DNA of 64,000 nt from positions 83,826,001 to 83,890,000 of the forward strand of contig NC_058368.1 in NCBI RefSeq assembly GCF_018350175.1, written 5' to 3'. Below are positions 24,343-35,259 of this stretch, piece after piece. Made by a program: the position numbers and the translations under genes. The notes beneath the pieces are model-generated. The model did no database searches. It was not told the DNA's origin and was given only the letters and a program-made list of their open reading frames with translations. The stretch comes from Felis catus. Taxonomy: Eukaryota. Each line of letters starts with the position of its first letter. The stretch's first letter is position 1.

Positions 24343-25801
24343 CACTGCAAGATTTAGAATTTAAGGGCATTGAATTAAGGAAAAATAATTTTCCTTAAAA
24401 CAACTAAAAATTGAAAATCTGATGAGAAGAGACATAAGAACTAAGAAAACTGAACCTACCCCTGCCAGCAGCATCTGTCTCAGGAGAAACGTACTGCACA
24501 CTGAGAGGTTTGTAAGGCAGAGATGTCTAGTGCAACAGTGGAAGTTCCCTCCCCTCTTACTAGGTGACAGAATTGTCAAGTCCTCACCTGTCCTAAGGTA
24601 TCCCCTCAGAGGCAGAAGTGGCTTTTCTTCTAGCCTCAGTGGGTCCGGGATCTACTCTCATCTGGAATGACAGGGTGGGCAGTGAGAGAGAAGAACGAAC
24701 ATCCCCTCTGCATGGCAGTCACCATGAGTGGATATATTCAGGGTGTTCATGTGTCTGCACTGCCTGTGGATATCAGAGTTCTTTCATGAGTTGGTCAGTA
24801 ACTTTGGTACATGCAGTCAGCACATGGCCTAGAGGGGATTTCTCATTAGGGAAACCAAAACTGGAGCCTAAAGAGAGTGCACATTCTCACTGGGCTGTAC
24901 AACAAGGTCACTGCCCAGGTGGAGAGCTGCCCTTATGAAAAATGGCTGCAGAAGACATTGACTGGGGAGTACCCAGACACTGATAAGGCTGGTTTCTACA
25001 AGTTGTCTTAAGATAACTACTTTGCAAACAAACCTATACACATCGGATAAAGCCCTGTTCCAGACAAGTGAATCCCTGCAAAACCTGGATATTTGGCCTC
25101 AATGTCCCCACCCCCAACAAATGGGTAATATAGAGCTGTTCTTATATGCTCCCATCACTGTGACTGCCTAACCCTTAGAATAGCAAAATTTATGTGTATT
25201 TTAAAATAACAGCATCTCAGCAGCAGCAAGTGTGTGCCTTTTAAGAACTAGTTTGCACTAGAGAATAGCTGCTACTGCTACTCCTACTAGTGAAGAAAAT
25301 GACCCACATGACCTCTGCCTTCCTTAGATCCTTCCTTATACATGTACTTTCCCTAACATCCCTAAAGATGTACTGTTCATATAGGGTGTACTTCTGTCAA
25401 CACCCTACAGGATATCCTTTCTACATAGTCTCATTCAGGTAGAAAGGGCTCGGATGTAGCCCTGACAGAACCACTTCCAGGCACATCCCTATGTAATGTC
25501 AGGAAAGCATCCATCTCTAGAGGAATGCTGCCCACCTTTGCCATATTTAGCCACTCTGGTCTAGAAATACTCCTATATACCCTTCTTCCCACATACAGAA
25601 CATATCTTCTCAAGAGACAAGGCCCAAAGTTTTATTCAGTTATCACATACGACTTAAGATCCAAGATACCTGGAGCAACCACAAACCTTTTCCATCAGAA
25701 CCAAATAATGTGGGTTCTCCAGCACTAGTCACCTATTGACTAAATTTGTAAACCATCTCAGAAACATGTATCCACATGTTCATAACTTGAACACTAATGT
25801 A

Positions 25802-25803
<2 letters not shown>

Positions 25804-25837
<34 letters not shown>
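25804..25837. repeat. (CA)n microsatellite
   Basis: Direct reading. Confidence 0.95.
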
Positions 25838-25839
<2 letters not shown>

Positions 25840-27484
25840 ACAGGGAATAAAACAGTAGCAAAATGATTTTTTAAAAAGTTACCCTAAGAAAAGAATAATA
25901 AAAGGACATGCATGTTTATACCTATGTCACACAGTAGACATAGGCCTATGGTGATTCTACCATTGCAATATGAAACTTTATAAATGAGGATGTAGAAGCT
26001 ATTTCAAAAATTCCTGGTTCTGCTTTCAAGAAGTAAGACCCTTGGCACTGTTGTCTGTACCTCCCTGGCAACCTCTTGGCATAGGATTACCCCCTCTATG
26101 TCCACCTATGCAGTGAGATTGAGATACATCCTCTTTAGGGGCTGCAATGTTTCCAAGGCCACCTGTCCTCTGTTGTGTAGCTGTAACTATGCAGAATTCT
26201 TGTCTATCTCTTAGATTACTTTTTTTTAATATGAGGTCTGTGACTGTTTTAATAATATAAAATGTGTGAAGTATTTGTTTCCTGTAAATTCCATGTATCA
26301 GTAACCAGAGAAATATTTTCTAGAAACAAACTGAATCTTTACTTATTTACTTATTGGACCCCTGTACTTCTCTCCATATGAATATTTACTTTGAAACCAT
26401 CTGAAATAAGAGGTATAAATGCCACAACCTTAACCTGCAGGAACTTTGACTGAGAAATTTTACTGGAACATTATTACTGAATGAAAAATATTCTGAGGAG
26501 ACTATTCATCAAATTTATTATTATTTATTCTTACTCTTTGGATTACAAAGGTAATCAGATTTTTCAAACCTGCAAAACATTGGATTTTTAATCTCATCTA
26601 CCCCATTTCGTTTTTGTTGATTATTAGCCACTTCTTTCCTGTGCTCCTTTCTTTGTTCTAACCCTTTGCAAAGGCAACTGACAACAGTAAGCAAACATGT
26701 TCTATGTTTCATTTTCCAGTCAGCTCTGTTAGCATTAGCAACTCCACAGGCATAAGGTCTCACTTCAAATTATCACAGGCAACCATTTAAAAAAAATACA
26801 TAAACATTGTTGAAAAGAGACAGCTCTCATTCTAGCATTTAAAATGAGTTTCACACCATCATCACCTGACCTTCCTTTCCAAGTATATAGATTTTAGGTT
26901 TTATAATGTCAGTGCCAACTCAGGTTGTAAATTCCACCATGAGAGAATGTCTCTAAATGCTAGCTTCTATAGTAACAAAAACAAAAACAAACTAAACATG
27001 AAATTTTAATGAAGTTATGTAAAAACATGTTGTTTCATCCTATGCAAGGTCTACTGTAGAAATTCTTAGTTGAGTAGATCTTCTGGGTTTCTCCTTTCCT
27101 CTAGTGGGATTCCTTTACTGGATCCTCTATACTCATAGAGGTGACAAAATAATATCGGAGTGGAGGTTAGGTGCACCTCTTTCTAGACTACTCTTAAGCC
27201 TCAAAATAACATAAACCTCAGAAGCCACAATGGTAGTTATTCTTCATTCCCAGGCATTACAGATTGGGAAATGTAGTAGCTGGTGGACTTTCAATTCCTT
27301 ATAGTAATTACCAATTATAGCCACACATGGCTTATTTACTCTTTATTCAGATTACAATACAAATGGGCCTTACCAGAGATATCTTCCCTTACCATTAAAT
27401 CTAAATAAAGGCAACCACCATTCACTCACCATTATATTAACATGATTTATGTTTATCCATTTGGAATATAAAATTCTGAGATTT

Positions 27485-27520
27485 TATCTATGTTATCTAT
27501 GTTATCTATGTTATCTATGT
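27485..27520. repeat. 9-bp tandem repeat (TATCTATGT)x4
   Basis: Direct reading. Confidence 0.9.
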
Positions 27521-27699
27521 ATCCATTGATCTCTCCCCACCACAAGATCTTAAAAACTGTGGAGAAGGAGTTTGTTTTGGTTGTTATTTGGCTCTCATAT
27601 CTAGAAGCATGCATACCTTTTGTAAGGCAGTATAAATACTTATGAAATAAACACAATCAATGAAGTATTTTAATAATCCATAGTAAAATTCAGAAAACT

Positions 27700-27903
27700 G
27701 GGGCACCTGGGTAGCTCATCTAGTTAAGTGTCTAACTCTTGATTTTAGCTCAAGTCATGGTCTTATGGTTTGTGAGTTCAAGTCCCACATCAGGCTCTGC
27801 ACTGACAGCAGGAAACCTACTTGGTATTCTCTCTCCCTCTTTCCCTGTCCCTCCCCTGCATATACTCTCTCTCACTCTCACTTTAAATAAACATTTAAAA
27901 AAA
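27700..27903 (+). mobile_element. Older Can-SINE
   Basis: GGGGCACCTGGGTAGCTCA head, CT tract, AATAAA tail. Confidence 0.92.
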
Positions 27904-28289
27904 TAATGTACATACCACAAGATATCAGAATGCATAACCACAATAAATTCTATTTATACATATATTCCAAGATAAAAAAATGCTACTCATTATATGCAAG
28001 TGTACACAAAAATAAAACATATATATAAACAATATTTTGACATAGCAGAAAATATAAGAAAGCTACAAGTCTTTCAATTAAACAATAGAATAAAATTATT
28101 TGTTATGAAGTTATCAGTATAATCCAGTAAATCCTGAAAGATGGATCTCAGGACAACCAAGATCATTGAAAACAATAAATTCTGAACAGTCTGTGTAGAA
28201 TCATGGTATAGGTGTAAATTTAAATAATTTTGGGAAAGACTCTACTGCTCTCCATTGACTTTCTAGTTCTACTTTCTATGCACTCAGCT

Positions 28290-28635
28290 CATCTTCATTT
28301 CTTAGGCTCCTTTTCAGTTGTGGCTGTGTGATTTAATTTTGACTAATGAAATGTTAGTGAAATTGATATAAACTCATTTCAATCCTGACTCCTAAGACTC
28401 TCTTAGGCATGCTCCTCCATGTCTTTTGCAACTCTTTTATAGGTAGGTCCTGAGAAACCAAGTCACTGGGTAAAGATAGCAGAACTACAAAATAAAAAGA
28501 GCATGGGTGTCTTCATCACCATGTGGAAAAGAGGTCTCAATTGGTAACAAAGGTCTGATTCAGACTTTATGTGAGTTAGAAATAACTTTCCACTTTGAAG
28601 CTTTATCAGTTTTGGGGCTTGTTGAAGTAGTTATC
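28290..28635 (+). mobile_element. Ancient MaLR (MLT1-like) solo LTR
   Basis: Blocks AAGATAGCAGAACTACAA..AGAGCATGGGTGTCTTCATCACCATGTGG and GACTTTATGTGAGTTAGAAATAACTTT..TTTGGGGCTTGTT resemble the MLT1 3' half as I recall it. Confidence 0.6.
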
Positions 28636-29324
28636 ATTCATCCCCCTTTCTAGTTCATGTGCATTAAGCAAACACTAAATGTTTGGATACACATTATGTA
28701 AGACAATCAGTCTTGAAGGATACCATTACTCAAATAGACATTGTTTTAGGCAAAATATAGAGATGAATGATGCCCAATGTGTTTGATTAATTTGAACATA
28801 TTTCTCTATAATGATTCTTTTTTTCTCAAACACCTTGGTTCCACTGGATAAAAAAGGGTTGAGAATGGGGTAAAAGTTAAAGTTATCAGGAAATGCTAAG
28901 ACTCTGCCCACATAACTATCTTCACTTAGATTGAGGCTTATTCTGGGAAGTAGTCAGTACTTCAGAATCAGAAGCATTCCTTGCTCTTTTCCATAAGTAT
29001 TCACAGAATATTATATGTTCTATTGTGTCAGGTAAAAAGTAGTCTTAGATAAACCAGCACCCACTGGATGTTCGTAGCTTGTTAGCCAGAAAGTCTGACC
29101 TGCCCATTACCTGGTTTCTGTTGAAACCTGCAAGTTGTCATTTGGTCTTTGTAGATGTTATGCAAACATTTTGGTATCTTCCAATGTATCTTTAGGTGTG
29201 AAGTTTCTTAAACAAGAAGCTACTTCACTGAAAATTCACTTGATCAACAAGTATGTATGAATGTCTTCACTGAGGGTCTTGGGGAATGCTGGAGTTTTTA
29301 CATGACATATCACCTTGTGGGGAG

Positions 29325-29327
<3 letters not shown>

Positions 29328-29357
<30 letters not shown>
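29328..29357. repeat. (TG)n microsatellite
   Basis: Direct reading. Confidence 0.95.
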
Positions 29358-29358
<1 letters not shown>

Positions 29359-30248
29359 CATGAAAAACCATCCACTGAATAACTGGGTATAAGATAATAT
29401 TGTTAGTAAAAACTGGCTTTAAAAAACAAAATTAGGAGTATTGTTAGCAAAAATAGCAGAGTAAACGTCCAAACTTCCACCTCACTACAAAAGCAGCAAA
29501 TAAATTGAGCAAGACTGTCAGAACTATGGAAATTATTCAAGGGTTTACAACAATCATTTGAATCCTTAATGAAGGGAAAACAGTTTATATTTGGTAAAAG
29601 AGCTTTTTGCCCTCACTCTCTGCTCCCCAGTCCACATTTCCAGTGTAGATTACGAATACTTGCAGGAGCAAAATAGACTTTATTCATGTGTAATTGTGGT
29701 GGTATATTTTTACTTGTCTGATGGCTCCATGAAGGACTATCACAAAGGTCTTTCATCTAATTTAGAACTCTCCAAGGCTCAGGTGGATACCCAGGGAACA
29801 TTTGAAAAAGTATTTAATATCAAACCCATTAGTGATTGGGGGAAGAAAGCCCGGGGAATGATTTACTTTAGAGAATAAGGGATTTAAACGTCACCCACAT
29901 GACCTTGTGAACCTACAATTCAAGTACATGTCCAGGGCTGGGTGCACATTCAAAAGAAACCTGAAAATGCCCTAATCTCTCACTATTGTCTTACCCTTAG
30001 TCTGTAATCAGGCAAGAAGTTATGACTCAGGCAGAATCATAAACTACCTGTTTAGAGTAAAGGAATGCCCCAAAATATACATAAGGCATACATATACATA
30101 TACAAAGTATACATAAGCCCATTGACAAAGACTGCAGAATAGTATTTGTTTTCCAGTTGTTTAAGAAAATCCCTGTCAACTTAATAGTTGATGATTAGGT
30201 TAATGAAATAGAGACTTCAGTGGACACCATCAAAAATGGATAGAGGGT

Positions 30249-30478
30249 GGGACACCTGGGTGGCTCAGACAGTTCAACATCTGACTCTTGCTTTCGACTC
30301 AGGTCACGACCTCATACTCTGTGAGTTCGAGCCCCACATCAGGCTCTGTATTGACAGTGCAGAGCCTGCTTAAGGTTCTGTCTCCCTCTCTCTCTCTCTG
30401 ACTCTCCCCTGTTCACTCTTTCTCTCTCTGTGTGTCTCTCAAAAATAAATAAATAAACATTAAAAATCTATAATAAAA
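30249..30478 (+). mobile_element. Can-SINE
   Basis: Head, B-box, (CT)n and tail; imperfect TSD CAARAATGGATA. Confidence 0.93.
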
Positions 30479-31026
30479 CAAGAATGGATACATACTTCAT
30501 AAATTTAATTCAGAATAATTTAATAATACATACTTCATAATAATACATACTTCATAAATTTAATTCAAAAAAGAACAACTTTGACAACTTTGCAAACTCT
30601 GTTGTTGGAAAAATCTGATTTCCAAGGTTACCCCTTTATAATATAAGTAATCAGTTTTCAGCAAAATAAGAAACTGACAAAGGAAAACAGAAAGAATGGT
30701 CCCTACATAGGAAAAAGAAAAAGAAATTTATAGAAATTGTATCTGCAGAAACCTTAGAAAATATTTTACATAAACTAATTTTAATATATTCAAGGAGCTA
30801 AAGGAAACCATTACCAAAGAAATAAAGAAAACAAAAAGAACAATGCCTACTTAAATATAGAACATCAATAAATAAAATATTTATAAATAGAGGTTTTAAA
30901 AAAATGGAAATAAAAATTCTGGAGTTGGGAGACTAAATTAACAGAAAGGAAAAGTCACCATAGTGTCACAAGAGAAGATTTTAGGAGACAGAACATGAAG
31001 ATAGCTCAATTAAGAATATTCAATCT

Positions 31027-31246
31027 GGGGGCGCCTGGGTGGCTCAGTCGGTTGAGCGTCCGACTTCAGCTCAGGTCACTATCTCACGGTCCATGAGTTC
31101 GAGCCCCGAAGTCGTGCTCTGGGCTGATGGCTCAGAGCCTGGAGCCTGTTTCCGATTCTGTGTCTCCCTCTCTCTCTGCCCCTCCCCCATTCATGCTCTG
31201 TCTCTCTCTGTCCCAAAAACAAATAATAAAACGTTAAAAAAAAAAA
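31027..31246 (+). mobile_element. Young felid Can-SINE
   Basis: TSD AAGAATATTCAATCT at 31012-31026 and 31247-31261. Confidence 0.97.
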
Positions 31247-33104
31247 AAGAATATTCAATCTGAGGGATAAAATAAAAAGCATTATTTTAAAAATGGACAG
31301 AGCCTTTGGAGCAGTGTTGTATCATGAAACTTGTGGGGAAAAAAACCATAATGGGAATCTCTCCTGAATAAGGGGAGAGAATGGGACAGAAAGTTCATGT
31401 TAAGAAAAATATGGCTGAAACATTCAAAATCTGATGAAAGGCATGGAAATACACATCCAAGAATCCTAATAAATCCCAAATAGGATAAACTGAGAGATTC
31501 ACATAGAGGAACATCATAACAAAACTATTGAAAGCAGAAAGCAAACTTAAAAACAGCAAGAGAAAAGCAAACTATAACATATAAAAGATTCTGAATAAGT
31601 AAAAAAAAAAAATTCATCAGAAGCCATAAAGTGGTAGAATGATGTATTCACAATACTGAAAAAAAAGCTGTCAGTCAGAAATTCGAAGTCTAGAAATCTG
31701 GCCTTCAAAAATTAAACAGAAAAAAATGCATTCCCTGATCTACAAAAACTGGGAGAGTTGATTGCTAGTAGAACTGTTCACCAGAAATGCTAAAAACTAG
31801 TCTTTCGTGTTAGAATTAAAGTATGTAGGCTGTAAACCAAATCCACTAGAAGAAATAAGAACACCAAAAAAGGGAAATGCACAGGAAAATATAAAATGAA
31901 TATAACTTTATAATTGGTTTGTAACCCATCTAAAATTACTATATTATTCTCCAGTTACCTAAAACAATAATTACAAATATATATTGATGGGAAGACATAT
32001 AAAAAATGTAACTTGTGATATAATATGAAGGAAAATGGGGCTTAATTTTGGTATACTATTGAAACTAAGTTAATATTAAATAAAACTAATGAAAGACAAT
32101 AGAAATCACTCGGATTGCCGCTAACTATAAACTAAAAAGCACATATTAAACAAAATGAGAAGGAAAACAAATTGTCCACTAGAAGGTAAATTTCTAAAAC
32201 AAAACACAGCAGTAATGAAGGAATTAAGGAACAAAATAACCATGACATATTTTAAAAATCAGAAAATAGAAAAATTTAGTTATTTCTTACCTATAACTAT
32301 ATTAAATTAAATTATGTTGTATTAAGTTATATTAAATGTAAACAGATTAACTCTCCAACCAAGAAGCAGAGACAGGAAAAATGGATTAAAAAAACGTAAT
32401 TTGACCATACTTTATCTAAAAGACTCATTTTAGATCAAAGACACAAATGGGTTTAAAGTGAAATGATGAGAAAGTTATATCCTACACACAAAAAAAAAGA
32501 AAAAAAAAACAAAAGAGAGAAGGAATGACTATGATTATAAAGACAAAATAGATAAACATATTTTAAGACAAAATTTCTTACAAGACACAAAGGACTTTTT
32601 CCAAAATACATGAAGTATGTGAAAGAATACATATACTATATATTATATTTGATATAAAAGTATATGAAACAAAAATTGGCATAATTCAAGGGAAAAAGTT
32701 TCAAAATAGCAGTTGGAGGCTTAAATATTCCACTGTCAATATTGGAAAGAGCAATTACATAAAATACAGGGAAGGAAATCAAACACTCAAAAAACACTGT
32801 AAAGCAGTTACATCTAACAGAGATATATAGACCAATCCTCCCAACCACAGCAGAATAGATAAGCTACTTAATTGTATATAACATATTCTCCAGGTAAGAC
32901 CATATATTAAGCTACAAAATAAGTTTTTAAAAAACTTGCAAGTATTGAAACTATTATATAAAGTACCTTTTCTAACTGCAAAATAATTAATTTAGAAATC
33001 AATAACAGAAAATCTGAAAAAAAATCACAAATATATGGGAATAAAACAAAACATTTTAAGCAGAAGGAGAAATGAAACGAAAATTTAAAAATCACTGAGA
33101 TAAA

Positions 33105-33299
33105 AGGTGCCTGGTGGCTCACTTGGTTGGACATTTGACTCTTCCTTTAGGCTCAGATCATGATCTAACCTGAGATGGCGCCCCCATCAGGCTCTGTGCT
33201 GACAACAGAGAGCCCCCTTAGGATTCTCTTCCACTCTCTTGCTTCTGCCTCACTTTCTCTTGCTCTCTCTCTCTCTCTTTAAATAAATAACTTTAAAAA
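33105..33299 (+). mobile_element. Older Can-SINE
   Basis: Degenerate body; TSD AATCACTGAKATAAA on both sides. Confidence 0.88.
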
Positions 33300-33578
33300 C
33301 AATCACTGATATAAACCAAAACTAAATCACAGCACACTAATTGTATGGGACACAGCTATGCAGTGCTCAGTAAAATTTATGAATGTAAGCAGTTAACATA
33401 AAAGAGAAGAAAGATCTCAAATCCATCACCAACTTAACACATGAAGTAATTAGAAAACTAAAAGGAAATTAAAAAGACAAAAAAATTACAAAGGTTATGT
33501 TAAAGGAAAATAAAAGAGAAACTTAAAGAAAAAATAAAATCAAAGAAACGAAAAATTATTTAAAATATCAGCAAAATT

Positions 33579-33790
33579 GGGACACCTGGGTGGCTCAATT
33601 ATTTAAGTGTCTTACTTGGGCTCAGGTCATGATCTCGCGGTTTGTGGGTTTGAGCCCCACTTCTGGCTCTGTGCTGACAGCTCAGAGCCTAGAGCCTGCT
33701 TCAGGTTCTGTCTCCCTCTCTCTCTTCCCCTCACACTCGTTCGTACTCTGTCTCTATTTCTCAAATATAAATAAACATTAAAAATTATTT
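33579..33790 (+). mobile_element. Can-SINE
   Basis: Full body; flanking direct repeat includes AAAATATCAGCAAAATTG. Confidence 0.94.
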
Positions 33791-33976
33791 AAAATATCAG
33801 CAAAATTGATAAACAATTAGAAACACAGAAGCAGAGGGAAGTCAGTCAAGAAAACCGGGCAAGAAAAAGAAATGAAAAACATGCATATTAAAAAGGAAGA
33901 AGCAAAATTGTCTATTTGCAGATGACATGACCTTATTATATATAAAGAATTTTAAAGGCTCCAGGTCCCCCTTTAA

Positions 33977-34188
33977 TTTTTTTTAACATTTATTTATTTT
34001 TGAGAGACAGAGAGAGACAGAGCATGAGCAGGGGAGGGGCAGAGAGAGATGGAGACACAGAGTTTGAAACAGGCTGCAGGCTCCCAGCTGTCAGCACACA
34101 GCCGAATGTGGGGCCCAAACTCACAAATCTCCAGATCATGACTGAGCTGAAGTTAGACGCTCAACCAGCTGAGCCACCCAGGAACCCC
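33977..34188 (-). mobile_element. Can-SINE
   Basis: TSD CTCCAGGTCCCYCTTTAA at 33959-33976 and 34189-34206. Confidence 0.94.
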
Positions 34189-34471
34189 CTCCAGGTCCCT
34201 CTTTAAAGAAAAAAGCCTGTTGGAACTAAAAATGAATTTAGTAAAGTTTCAAAATAAAAAAAAAATACGCAAAATTATGTTCTTTCTAACAAACTAATAA
34301 TGAACAATTAGGAAAAGAAATTTAAAAAAAAATCCCATTTACAATTGCATCAAAAATAATACAATACATAGGTATAAATCCAACCAAGGAAGTGAAATAC
34401 TTGTACACAATAAAGTGAGAAATTATACAGAGAAATTATAGATGAAACAAATAGATGGAAAGATATTCCAT

Positions 34472-34791
34472 TTTCCCTTTTCTAATTTATTTTGTTTCTT
34501 AAATTCTACATAGGAATGAAATCATATGGTATTTTTCTTTCTCTGACTGAATTATTTTACTTAAGAGAGAGAGAGGCAAAACAAGAAACAGACTGTTAAC
34601 TCTAGAGAACAAACTGATGGTTACCTGAGGGGAGGTGTTTGGGGGAATTTAAATTGGTGATGGAGATTAAGGAGTGCATTTGTTGTGATGAACACTGGTG
34701 TAGAGAAGTGTTGAATTACTATATTGTATACATGAAACTAATATTACACTCTATGTTAATTAACTGGAATTTAAATAAAAACTTAAAAAAG
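34472..34791 (+). mobile_element. Short 5'-truncated, 5'-inverted L1
   Basis: 34472-~34562 is antisense and ~34563-34791 is sense L1 3' end; TSD AGAYATTCCAT at 34461-34471 and 34792-34802. Confidence 0.85.
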
Positions 34792-34946
34792 AGACATTCC
34801 ATATTTTTGAATTGGAAAAATTTATATTGTTAATATATCCACACTACAAAAAACAATCTACATATTCAATGCAACCCTTGTTAAAATTCCAAGAGTATTT
34901 TTCAGTTTTAAGATTTGTATGTAGCCACAAGTGTCCCTGAAAAGTA

Positions 34947-34980
<34 letters not shown>

Positions 34981-35259
34981 TATTGACAAATAACAGATCT
35001 AGAGGTATTCTGCTTTTCAATTTCAATCTTTATTACAAATCTATAATATAGTCAAAATAGCATAATCCTGGAATAAAAACAGATTCATAAATAAATGGAA
35101 CAGAATTAAGAGCCCAGAAATAAACCCATGTATATGTTCAAATAATATTTAACACAGACACAAAGGATACACAATTAGGAAAGGATAGTTTTGTATAAGT
35201 GGTGTTAGGAAAACTGGATATTCACATGCAAAAAAATAAAACTGAAATTTTGTCTTAGA

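Larger units (their letters stand above)
29440..35257 (+). mobile_element. Ancient L1 (5' region, ORF1 ~30650-31850, ORF2 remnants) hosting five SINEs and a short L1
   Basis: A-rich strand with ORF1/ORF2 landmarks in order (TTAAATGTAAACAGATTAACTCTCC, AGTTGGAGGCTTAAATATTCCACT, CTATTTGCAGATGACATGA). Confidence 0.75.
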
